A DNA stretch of 64,000 bases from positions 9,339-73,338 of the forward strand of contig JBBDIK010000013.1 in the NCBI GenBank assembly GCA_040880465.1, in the 5' to 3' direction. The stretch comes from Actinomycetota bacterium (lineage in GTDB: Bacteria; Actinomycetota; UBA4738; JBBDHU01). Of this stretch, positions 56,471-64,000 are shown piece after piece. Both the position numbers and the translations under genes were made by a program. Under the pieces are notes generated by a model that saw nothing but the letters and a program-made list of their open reading frames with translations, was not told the DNA's origin and made no database searches. The first letter of the stretch is position 1. Each line of letters opens with the position of its first letter.

Positions 56471-59400
56471 TGCCGAGGCGTACGGATATCCACCGCATCC
56501 TGGTGGTCGGGTCTGGTCCGATCGTGATCGGTCAGGCGTGCGAGTTCGATTACTCCGGGACGCAGGCATGTCGCGTGCTCCGCGCCGAGGGCTTCCACGT
56601 TGCCCTCGTGAACTCGAACCCGGCGACCATCATGACGGACCCGGAGTTCGCGGATGCGACCTATGTGGAACCGCTGACGCCGGAGTCGGTCCTGGCGGTC
56701 ATCGAGCGGGAACGGCCGGATGCGCTCCTGCCGACCCTCGGGGGCCAGACCGGTCTGAACGTGGCGGTGGCGCTGGCGGAATCGGGCGCGTTGGAGCGCT
56801 TCGGCGTAGAGCTGATCGGCGCGAGCCTGGAAGCGATCCATCGGGCCGAAGATCGCAGCGGCTTCCATGCGGCGATGACCGAGGCGGGGCTGCCGGTCCC
56901 GCGCTCGGGGACGGCCTCGGCGCTCGACGATGCCTTGGAACTCGGCGAGCAGATCGGATACCCGGTGATCGTGCGGGCCTCGTTCACGCTCGGTGGTGGC
57001 GGCAGCGGATTCGCCACCAACCGCGACGAGCTGAAGCTCATCGCGGCGAAGGGCCTCAAGCTCAGCCCCGTGTCCGAGGTCCTGATCGAGCAGTCCGTCC
57101 GCGGATGGAAGGAGTTCGAACTCGAGGTCATGCGCGACGGCGCCGATAACGCCGTGATCGTGTGTTCGATCGAGAACGTCGATCCGATGGGGGTTCACAC
57201 GGGCGACTCGATCACGGTTGCCCCGCAGCAGACCCTGACCGACCGCGAGTACCAGGACATGCGCGACGCCGCGCTCGCCTGCATCCGGGCGATCGGTGTC
57301 GAGACCGGCGGGTCCAACATCCAGTTCGCGGTCGACCCGGCGAACGGCGACATGGTCCTGATCGAGATGAACCCGCGGGTCTCGCGCTCGTCGGCGCTCG
57401 CGTCCAAGGCCACCGGGTTCCCCATCGCGAAGATCGCCGCCCTCCTGGCGGTCGGCTACCGCCTCGACGAGATCGTGAACGACATCACCGGGGAGACGCC
57501 GGCGGCGTTCGAGCCGACGCTGGACTACGTGGTCGTCAAGATCCCGCGCTTCGCGTTCGAGAAGTTCAGCGATACGGATCCGACCCTGACCACCACGATG
57601 AAGTCCGTCGGGGAAGTCATGGCCATCGGGCGGACCTTCAAGGAGGCCTACGGGAAGGCATGGCGGTCTCTGGAGAAGACGCGTTCGGACTTCGGCGCGG
57701 ACACGGTGGCGCCGGGTGGCTCGCTCGAAGCCCTGCACGACGGCACCGACTACCGCATGCATCTGATCGAACGTGCGCTGGCCGAAGGACATCCGGTGGA
57801 GGAGATCGCGGAGGCCTCGGCCATCGACCCGTGGTTCATCGACCAAGTCGCCGAGGTCGTGTCCGCGGTGGAGGCGATCAGAGGGAGGAAGCTCGCGATG
57901 CTGGGCATCGAGGATCTGCGGGAAGCCAAGCGATTCGGGGTCTCCGATGCGTACCTGGGGTACCTCACGGGTTCGTCCGAGCCGCGGGTTCGCCACCGGC
58001 GGGAGGAACTTGGGCTGACATCGGTCTTCAAGACCGTCGATACCTGCGCGGGAGAGTTCCCGGCGCGGACCCCGTACCACTACTCGGCGTACGAGGACGA
58101 GGGTGAGGTGCGTCGGGGAGACCGCCGGAGCGTCGTCATCGTCGGGGCCGGACCGAACCGGATCGGCCAGGGCATCGAGTTCGACTATGCCTGCGTCCAC
58201 GCGGCGTTCGCGCTGCGCGAGGCGGGGTACGACGCCGTGATGGTCAACTGCAACCCGGAGACCGTCTCGACCGACTACGACACGAGTGACCGGTTGTACT
58301 TCGAGCCACTGACGGCCGAGGATGTGCTGCGCGTGTGCCGGGAGGAGCAGCCGATGGGCGTCATCGTGCAGCTGGGCGGACAGACGCCGTTGAAGCTGTC
58401 GCACATCCTCGAGGACGAGGGGTTCGCCGTGCTCGGGACGCCGCCTGAGGCGATCGACCTCGCCGAGGATCGGGGCAAGTTCGCGACGCTGCTCGCGGAG
58501 TTGGGGATCCCCGCACCGCCGCACGGGGAGGCGCACGATCTGGCGGAGGCGGAGGTCATCGCGGAGCGGATCGGGTATCCGGTGCTCGTTCGTCCCTCCT
58601 ACGTACTCGGTGGGCGGGCGATGGAGATCGTCTACGGCAAGGACGAGCTGGATCACTTCGTGCGCATGGCGGCGGAAGCCTCGCCGGACCATCCCGTGCT
58701 GATCGACCGGTTCCTGGAAGGTGCGATCGAGGTCGATGTCGACGCGGTCTGCGACGGAGAAGAGGTGTTCGTCGGGGCGGTGATGGAGCACATCGAGGAG
58801 GTGGGAGTGCACTCGGGCGACTCGTCCTGCGTGATCCCTCCCCCGACGCTCTCTGACGAGGAACTCGACACCGTGGAGGAGATCACCCGGACACTGGCGA
58901 TGCGCCTGGGGGTCCGGGGCCTGATGAACCTGCAACTCGCGATCAAGGACGAACGGGTGTGGGTCCTTGAGGCGAACCCGCGTGCTTCGCGGACGGTGCC
59001 GTTCGTGTCCAAGGCCGTTGGGGTCCCGCTGGCCAAGGTCGCCACGATGATCCTGGTCGGTCGCTCCCTGGCGGACCTGAGGGCCGAGGGCATGGTCCCC
59101 GAGGATCCGCAGCACTACCGACGCCTCGCGCACACGGCGGTCAAGGCAGCGGTGCTCCCGTTCGATCGATTCGTGGGAGCGGACACGGTACTGGGACCCG
59201 AGATGAAGTCGACCGGCGAGGTGATCGGGATCGACGAGGACTCCGGGCTGGCTCTCGCGAAGGCGCTGGTGGCCAGCGGGATCCCGCTCCCGCAGAAGGG
59301 AACCGTGTTCGTCTCCGTCTCGAACCGCGACAAGCGAGCCATCCTGCTGCCGGCGAAGCAACTCGCGGACCTGGGGTTCCGACTCGTCGCGACCGGCGGA

Positions 59401-59739
59401 ACGGCGGCCGTCCTGTCGCGTGCGGGGATCCCGGTCGAGCGCGCGGCGAAGGTCTCGGAGGGGTCGCCCAACGTGGTCGAGCTGATCCGATCCGGCGAGG
59501 TGGACCTGGTCATCAACACGCCGTACGGGCGGGGAGCGCGCAGCGACGGATACCACATCCGGACGGCGTCGGTATCGGCCGGTATCCCTTGCATCACAAC
59601 GCTTCCCGGGGTCATGGCCGCCATCCGGGGGATCGAGGCGATGCGGACGACCAGTTCGGAACCGCGGAGCCTGCAGGAGTACCATGCGGACGTTCGCGCA
59701 GCGCGCCTGCCGGGCGAGGCGGCCGGGGCCGACGCGTGA
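56470..59739 (+). CDS. carB: carbamoyl-phosphate synthase large subunit
   Basis: The GTG at 56470 overlaps the carA stop. [24 protein letters not shown]. Duplicated ATP-grasp halves and an MGS-like C-terminal domain. About 1089 aa. Confidence 0.95.
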   Translation: MPRRTDIHRILVVGSGPIVIGQACEFDYSGTQACRVLRAEGFHVALVNSNPATIMTDPEFADATYVEPLTPESVLAVIERERPDALLPTLGGQTGLNVAVALAESGALERFGVELIGASLEAIHRAEDRSGFHAAMTEAGLPVPRSGTASALDDALELGEQIGYPVIVRASFTLGGGGSGFATNRDELKLIAAKGLKLSPVSEVLIEQSVRGWKEFELEVMRDGADNAVIVCSIENVDPMGVHTGDSITVAPQQTLTDREYQDMRDAALACIRAIGVETGGSNIQFAVDPANGDMVLIEMNPRVSRSSALASKATGFPIAKIAALLAVGYRLDEIVNDITGETPAAFEPTLDYVVVKIPRFAFEKFSDTDPTLTTTMKSVGEVMAIGRTFKEAYGKAWRSLEKTRSDFGADTVAPGGSLEALHDGTDYRMHLIERALAEGHPVEEIAEASAIDPWFIDQVAEVVSAVEAIRGRKLAMLGIEDLREAKRFGVSDAYLGYLTGSSEPRVRHRREELGLTSVFKTVDTCAGEFPARTPYHYSAYEDEGEVRRGDRRSVVIVGAGPNRIGQGIEFDYACVHAAFALREAGYDAVMVNCNPETVSTDYDTSDRLYFEPLTAEDVLRVCREEQPMGVIVQLGGQTPLKLSHILEDEGFAVLGTPPEAIDLAEDRGKFATLLAELGIPAPPHGEAHDLAEAEVIAERIGYPVLVRPSYVLGGRAMEIVYGKDELDHFVRMAAEASPDHPVLIDRFLEGAIEVDVDAVCDGEEVFVGAVMEHIEEVGVHSGDSSCVIPPPTLSDEELDTVEEITRTLAMRLGVRGLMNLQLAIKDERVWVLEANPRASRTVPFVSKAVGVPLAKVATMILVGRSLADLRAEGMVPEDPQHYRRLAHTAVKAAVLPFDRFVGADTVLGPEMKSTGEVIGIDEDSGLALAKALVASGIPLPQKGTVFVSVSNRDKRAILLPAKQLADLGFRLVATGGTAAVLSRAGIPVERAAKVSEGSPNVVELIRSGEVDLVINTPYGRGARSDGYHIRTASVSAGIPCITTLPGVMAAIRGIEAMRTTSSEPRSLQEYHADVRAARLPGEAAGADA

Positions 59740-60605
59740 GACGGATCCGCGCGGAAGTCCTGTCCAGCCGCAACCAGGGGCAGCACCATACGATGACGAT
59801 CGTCGCTCCGGAGATCGCCGAACGCGCGCGGCCCGGACAGTTCCTCCAGGTCGGGATGCCGGCCGATCGTTCCTTCTTGTTGCGGCGGCCGTTCGCCATC
59901 TACAAGGCCTCCCGGCAAGGCGGGTGGGCGGGGACGCTGGAGTTCGCGTTCGGGCCGGGTGGCGCGGGTACCGACTGGCTGCGGACCGTGCGGGCCCACC
60001 AGTTCCTCGACATCATCGGTCCCCTCGGCCGGGGGTTCGCCACGCCGAAGAACCGTAACGTCTGCCTGCTGATCGGAGAGGGGTACGCCTCGGGCCAGAT
60101 GTACTTCCTCGCCGAGGAACTGCGGGCGAAGGGCAAGAAGGTGGACATGATCATCGGCGGACCGACGCAGGAGGCGATCTTCAAGCCGATCGAAGGCAAG
60201 CGCCTGGCCGCCTCCGTCACCGTGGTGACCGAGGATGGGAGCCTGGGATCGCGCGGGACCATCGTGGACGTTCTGGCCGCCATGGCGGGTCAGACGGGAG
60301 CGGAGGTCATCTATGCGGCCGGGACCACGCCGATGCTTCGCGCGGTCGCCGAGTACTGCGGTCAGCAGCGGATCCCTGCGCAGGTGGCGATCGAGGAGGC
60401 GATGGCCTGTGGGTGGGGTCAGTGCTTCACCTGCGTCGTTCCGGTCCTTCGCAAGGACGGATCGGGGATCGACCACCAGCGTTCGTGCACCGACGGGCCC
60501 GTGTTCAACTCGTCGCGGATCGCGTGGGATGCCCTGGTTCCATCCGCGACGGCGACTTCGACTGGGTCGGGGTCGGGGTCCGGGTCGGAGGGCGCGGGCG
60601 CGTGA
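59736..60605 (+). CDS. pyrK: dihydroorotate dehydrogenase (class 1B) electron-transfer subunit PyrK
   Basis: RRPFAI FAD motif. C-x-x-x-x-C-x-x-C region [15 protein letters not shown] (2Fe-2S). GTGA overlap with carB. Gly/Ser-rich C-terminal tail. Confidence 0.8.
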   Translation: MRRIRAEVLSSRNQGQHHTMTIVAPEIAERARPGQFLQVGMPADRSFLLRRPFAIYKASRQGGWAGTLEFAFGPGGAGTDWLRTVRAHQFLDIIGPLGRGFATPKNRNVCLLIGEGYASGQMYFLAEELRAKGKKVDMIIGGPTQEAIFKPIEGKRLAASVTVVTEDGSLGSRGTIVDVLAAMAGQTGAEVIYAAGTTPMLRAVAEYCGQQRIPAQVAIEEAMACGWGQCFTCVVPVLRKDGSGIDHQRSCTDGPVFNSSRIAWDALVPSATATSTGSGSGSGSEGAGA

Positions 60606-61549
60606 AGCCGGTTCTCGACGTCGACCTCGGGGGCATCCCCTTGCGCTCACCCGTCATGGCGGCGTCCGGCTGCTTGCGATCGATCCGCGACGTCCACGGC
60701 CTGGTGGATGTCCGCCGGTTGGGGGCGATCGCATCGGTCAGTGTGACGGCCCAGCCCGTTGCCGGTTCTGCGGGCCCGCGCGTCGCGGAAACCCCCTCGG
60801 GGTTGCTGCACGACACGGGGCATCAGAACCCGGGTCTGGATGTGTTCCTCGCCCAGGAGCTTCCGGTTCTCGCGCGAACCCGCGTTCCGGTGTTCGCGTC
60901 GGTAGGTGGCGCGACCCTCGAGGAGTACCTGCGTGTCGGGACGGCCTTGGCGGAGGCGCCGGGTGTCGTGGCGCTCGAAGTCAACCTGGCGTGTCCGAGC
61001 GCGGAGCGCGGGGGGGCGCTGTTCGCGCATCGATCCGATCATGCGGCGGAGGTGGTGGGCGCGGTCGCGCGATCCACGCGGCTGCCCGTGTTCGCGAAAC
61101 TCACGGGCGACGTCGCGGACATCGTCGACATCGCGGGCGCCTGCATCCAGGCGGGAGCGCACGGGCTCACGCTGATCGGTTCGATACCGGGGATGGGCAT
61201 CGCGCCGGCGTCACGATCTCCGAGGTTGGGAGCGGTGACCGGTTGGGTGTCGGGTCCGGCGATCCGGCCGGTGGCCGTTCGCGCGGTGTTCCTCGTGTCG
61301 CGGGCCTTCCCCGACGTACCCATCATCGGGGTCGGTGGAGTGGCGGACGCATCGAGCGCGGTCGAGTTCCTGCTGGCGGGCGCTTGGGCCGTGCAGGTCG
61401 GTACGGCGATGCTGGTCGATCCGGATGCCCCGCTCGAGATCACGAAGGGCATCATCGGGTATCTGCGGCGGCACAAGATCGCCGATCCATCCCAGCTTCG
61501 GCTGGCGCTTCGGCCGGCGCGGCCCGCTGCGGACGGGGGCTCCTCGTGA
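60602..61549 (+). CDS. pyrD: dihydroorotate dehydrogenase catalytic subunit (class 1B PyrD)
   Basis: GIPLRSPVMAASGC..., NLACPS, IIGVGGV. GTGA overlap with pyrK. Confidence 0.9.
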   Translation: MKPVLDVDLGGIPLRSPVMAASGCLRSIRDVHGLVDVRRLGAIASVSVTAQPVAGSAGPRVAETPSGLLHDTGHQNPGLDVFLAQELPVLARTRVPVFASVGGATLEEYLRVGTALAEAPGVVALEVNLACPSAERGGALFAHRSDHAAEVVGAVARSTRLPVFAKLTGDVADIVDIAGACIQAGAHGLTLIGSIPGMGIAPASRSPRLGAVTGWVSGPAIRPVAVRAVFLVSRAFPDVPIIGVGGVADASSAVEFLLAGAWAVQVGTAMLVDPDAPLEITKGIIGYLRRHKIADPSQLRLALRPARPAADGGSS

Positions 61550-62235
61550 ACCCCCGACCCCCCAACCCGATCATCGCGGCGATCGATCGGAGCTCGATGG
61601 AGGATGCGGAGGAACTCGCGAGATCCCTCGTGGGCGAGGTCGGCTTGCTCAAGGTCGGCCTCGAACTGCTCTGGGCGCACGGTCCCGAGGCGGTCGCCCG
61701 GGTCGGACGGCTGGGCCCGGTCTTCGTGGACGGGAAGCTGCACGATATCCCCACGACGGTCGAGCGGGCCGCCGCGAACATCGCGTCCCTCGGCGTCGGG
61801 ATGTTGAACGTCCACGCGCTCGGTGGAGAAGCGATGATGCGCGCCGCGCTCGCCGGAGCCCGCGCGGGGGCCGATGGTGCCGGTGTTCCGATACCGATGG
61901 TGATCGCCGTCACCGTCCTGTCCAGCCAGTCGGGCGAGGAGCTCGCGAGTCCCGCATCCCTGGCATACGAGGCCAAGGCCGCGGGACTCGATGGCGTCGT
62001 CGTGTCGGGGGAGGACGTTCGGGACGTTCGCGGCGCGTGCGGCGAGGACTTCTGCCTGGTGGTGCCGGGGATCCGCCCGGCGGGAACCAACGGCGACGAT
62101 CAGCTACGTATCCTGACGCCGGACGAGGCACTCGAACGCGGTGCGGACTACCTGGTCATCGGCAGGCCGATCACCGGCGCGGACGATCCCGCCGCCGCGG
62201 CGCGCGCGATCCGAACCTCCCTCGCCTCCCGCTGA
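61546..62235 (+). CDS. pyrF: orotidine 5'-phosphate decarboxylase
   Basis: PIIAAIDRSS...LKVGLELL...VFVDGKLHDIPTTV...VHALGG...LVIGRPIT. The GTG at 61546 overlaps the pyrD stop. The listed 666 aa ORF is over-extended upstream. Confidence 0.9.
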   Translation: MNPRPPNPIIAAIDRSSMEDAEELARSLVGEVGLLKVGLELLWAHGPEAVARVGRLGPVFVDGKLHDIPTTVERAAANIASLGVGMLNVHALGGEAMMRAALAGARAGADGAGVPIPMVIAVTVLSSQSGEELASPASLAYEAKAAGLDGVVVSGEDVRDVRGACGEDFCLVVPGIRPAGTNGDDQLRILTPDEALERGADYLVIGRPITGADDPAAAARAIRTSLASR

Positions 62236-62251
62236 CCGCGGCGGGCCTGCT

Positions 62252-62281
62252 TTGCCCCAGCTCAGACGCCCTGCGTATAAT
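62252..62281 (+). promoter_or_regulatory. candidate promoter of mihF (TTGCCC, 18-nt spacer, perfect TATAAT)
   Basis: Read directly. TATAAT lies at 62276-62281, about 40 nt upstream of a GAAGGAGG SD and the ATG. Confidence 0.45.
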
Positions 62282-62317
62282 CGCCGCCTCTAGCCGCGCA
62301 CTCGAATCGAAGGAGGC

Positions 62318-62635
62318 ATGATGCCCCTACCACAGCTTTCCGACGAACAACGCAAGGCGGCGCTCGTCAAGGCCGCGGAAGCGCGTCGCAAGCGAGCGGT
62401 GTTGAAAGGCGAACTGAAGTCGGGGAAGCGCAACCTCGGGGACGTGCTCGCGCGGCAGAGCGACGACACCGTGGGGAAGATGAAGGTGACGACGGTGCTT
62501 GAGTCACTTCCCGGCGTCGGGAAGGTGCGGGCCCGCAAGATCATGGAGCGATTGGAGATCTCCGCGTCGCGCCGCATCCGAGGACTCGGAGCGAAGCAGA
62601 AGGAAGCCCTGCTCTCCGAGTTCGCGAAACGATAG
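62318..62635 (+). CDS. mihF: actinobacterial integration host factor mIHF
   Basis: PQLSDEQRKAALVKAAEARRKRAVLKGELKSG...LPGVGKVRARKIMERLEISASRRIRGLG, a hallmark Actinomycetota protein in the conserved position before gmk. Confidence 0.9.
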   Translation: MMPLPQLSDEQRKAALVKAAEARRKRAVLKGELKSGKRNLGDVLARQSDDTVGKMKVTTVLESLPGVGKVRARKIMERLEISASRRIRGLGAKQKEALLSEFAKR

Positions 62636-62640
62636 GAGCG

Positions 62641-63204
62641 CCCGGTCGCCGCGGGCGGCTCTTCGTCATCTCCGGTCCGTCGGGGGTCGGCAAGGGGAGC
62701 GTCGTCGCCTCGCTGCTGGAGCGGGATCCCGCGCTCGTCCTGTCCGTCTCGTGTACGACCCGCGAGCCGCGCGCCGGCGAGGCCGACGGCGTCGACTACC
62801 GGTTCCTGACCGACGAGGAGTTCGATGCGTCGATCGCCGCCGACGGGTTCCTGGAGTGGGCGGAGGTGTTCGGACGCCGGTACGGGACCCCCCGCGGGCC
62901 CGTCGATGAGGCGATCGAGGCCGGCCGTCACGTGGTGCTCGAGATCGACGTGCAAGGGGCCCGAAGCGTTCGCCGGCGATCGCCGGAGGCGGTCCTGATC
63001 TTCCTGGTTCCGCCATCCCGCGAGGAGTTGATCCGCCGGCTCCGCGAGCGGGGGACCGAAGACGAAGCCGCCCTGCAGTCGCGCCTCGCCCGGGCCGACG
63101 CCGAGATGGAGGAGCGGAGCTGGTTCGACCACATCGTGGTCAACGACGACCTCGGGCGCGCGACGAGCGAGGTCGCTGTTATCATCGAAGGACCGCATAC
63201 CTGA
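62641..63204 (+). CDS. gmk: guanylate kinase (minimum extent; start codon unresolved)
   Basis: Frame 1 reads [30 protein letters not shown]...[19 protein letters not shown]...EIDVQGA.... The first ATG/GTG/TTG in this frame is at 62866, downstream of the P-loop. Confidence 0.8.
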   Translation, partial: PGRRGRLFVISGPSGVGKGSVVASLLERDPALVLSVSCTTREPRAGEADGVDYRFLTDEEFDASIAADGFLEWAEVFGRRYGTPRGPVDEAIEAGRHVVLEIDVQGARSVRRRSPEAVLIFLVPPSREELIRRLRERGTEDEAALQSRLARADAEMEERSWFDHIVVNDDLGRATSEVAVIIEGPHT

Positions 63205-63235
63205 CGCGGTCGACGCACGCACGGAAAGGGCTCCC

Positions 63236-63487
63236 GTGATCGACGAACCGAAGCTTGACGACCTCCTGAAGTCGGTCGACTCGAAGTACACGCTGGTGGT
63301 GGTCGCCGCCAAGCGAGCGCGGGAGATCAACTCGTATTACAGCCAGCTCGGGGAGGGTCGCGGCGAATTCGTCCCGCCGCTCGTCGAGACCGGTGGTCTG
63401 CGGAGCAAGCCGCTGTCGATCTCGCTCCAAGAGATCGCCGAGGAGAAGGTCGCGTATGAGCGTCCTGAGGCAGTCGCCACCGACTAG
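63236..63487 (+). CDS. rpoZ: DNA-directed RNA polymerase subunit omega
   Basis: [26 protein letters not shown]. Confidence 0.9.
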   Translation: MIDEPKLDDLLKSVDSKYTLVVVAAKRAREINSYYSQLGEGRGEFVPPLVETGGLRSKPLSISLQEIAEEKVAYERPEAVATD

Positions 63488-64000
63488 CCCGCTGGCCGGG
63501 CGCCACGTGCTGCTCGGGGTCACCGGCGGGATCGCCGCCTACAAAGCCTGCGCCCTCGTTCGCCTTCTCGTCGAACGCGACGCGAGTGTCCAAGTGGTGA
63601 TGACCGAGGCCGCGACGCGCTTCGTCGGATCGGACACCTTCGCCGCTCTGTCGTCGCGCCCCGTCCACACGGACCTGTTCGGGCAACCGGAACGCGTGCT
63701 CCATGTCGCGCTGGCGCACGAGGCCGACGTCGCCGCGATCGTCCCGGCCACCGCGAACACGCTCGCGAAGGTCGCCCTCGGCTTCGCCGACGACCTGCTG
63801 ACGTCAACGTTCCTCGAGGTGACGGCGCCGCTGATCGTTGCACCCGCGATGCACACGGGGATGTATGAGAACGCAACGACCCAGGAGAACCTACGTTTGT
63901 TGGCCGAGCGCGGTGTGAGGATCGTGGGTCCGGTGACCGGCAAGCTGGCGGCGGGCGATGAGGGGATCGGCCGCATGGTCGAACCTGAGCGCATCCTCGA
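63456..64000 (+). CDS. coaBC: bifunctional phosphopantothenoylcysteine decarboxylase / phosphopantothenate-cysteine ligase, N-terminal part (runs off right edge)
   Basis: My own translation from the ATG at 63456: [57 protein letters not shown]...[19 protein letters not shown]...APAMHTGMY. This is the flavoprotein domain. Confidence 0.85.
   Translation, partial: MSVLRQSPPTSPLAGRHVLLGVTGGIAAYKACALVRLLVERDASVQVVMTEAATRFVGSDTFAALSSRPVHTDLFGQPERVLHVALAHEADVAAIVPATANTLAKVALGFADDLLTSTFLEVTAPLIVAPAMHTGMYENATTQENLRLLAERGVRIVGPVTGKLAAGDEGIGRMVEPERIL

Noticed and set aside
56467-59685. Very long antisense ORFs. Examples on the minus strand are 1072 aa opposite carB, 768 aa at 40829-43135, 687 aa at 46818-48881, 591 aa at 8263-10038, 585 aa at 35537-37294 and 702 aa at 21206-23314. 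The plus-strand ORF at 670-2895 lies opposite the EF-G-like gene.
   Set aside because: Their translations are Arg/Pro/Gly/Asp-rich low-complexity strings with no recognisable motifs. Each lies exactly opposite a gene with unmistakable conserved motifs. Stop-poor antisense frames are the expected artefact of a high-GC genome.
62866-63204. Accepting the track's 112-aa ORF as the whole guanylate kinase.
   Set aside because: It would lack the P-loop and the GMP-binding half, which are clearly encoded in the same frame immediately upstream (62641-62865). The gene is therefore longer and its start is unresolved.

Overview
This window is 64 kb of a high-GC, Actinomycetota-type chromosome. It is almost fully coding, mostly on the + strand, and arranged in long operons whose genes overlap by 1-8 nt (GTGA/ATGA junctions).

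The backbone is a conserved actinobacterial housekeeping block:
- On the minus strand: ppc (partial) and an EF-G-like GTPase.
- A PIM-lipid trio (pgsA-like, patA-like, pimA-like), then lemA-htpX, a DUF3048 protein, pdxS-pdxT, yebC-ruvCAB and yajC-HD-secDF.
- apt, relA, dtd, an MBL hydrolase, hisS-aspS, a PPOX-like protein, rarA and alaS-ruvX-mltG-aroE.
- After the accessory segment: aroC-aroK-aroB-aroQ-pepP-efp-nusB, tatA (minus strand), pyrR-pyrB-pyrC-carA-carB-pyrK-pyrD-pyrF and mihF-gmk-rpoZ-coaBC (partial).

The only accessory segment (about 30.98-46.83 kb) is a complete type IV pilus (T4P) locus of about 16 kb, wedged between aroE and aroC. Its four units are:
- A Roadblock/LC7-like protein with a long disordered tail, two tandem full-length PilB ATPases, PilT and PilC.
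- A stand-alone pilA with its own terminator.
- Three minor pilins, two of them very large, followed by PilD.
- An AT-rich regulatory gap with a long hairpin over the ribosome-binding site, then an excisionase-type HTH protein, PilM, PilN, PilO and a PilP-like protein. No secretin is present.

This accessory-laden monoderm T4P machine is the best candidate for an undescribed system.

Other points worth a second look:
- A single frame break in pyrC at a G5 run.
- A gmk whose P-loop lies upstream of any ATG/GTG/TTG start.
- A pgsA-position gene that lacks the CDP-alcohol transferase signature.
- A 12-nt tandem repeat.
- A PyrR-type leader upstream of pyrR.
- Several apparently leaderless genes.

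I saw no rRNA, tRNA, CRISPR array, transposase or integrase. All calls come from reading the translations and the DNA by eye. No database search was run.
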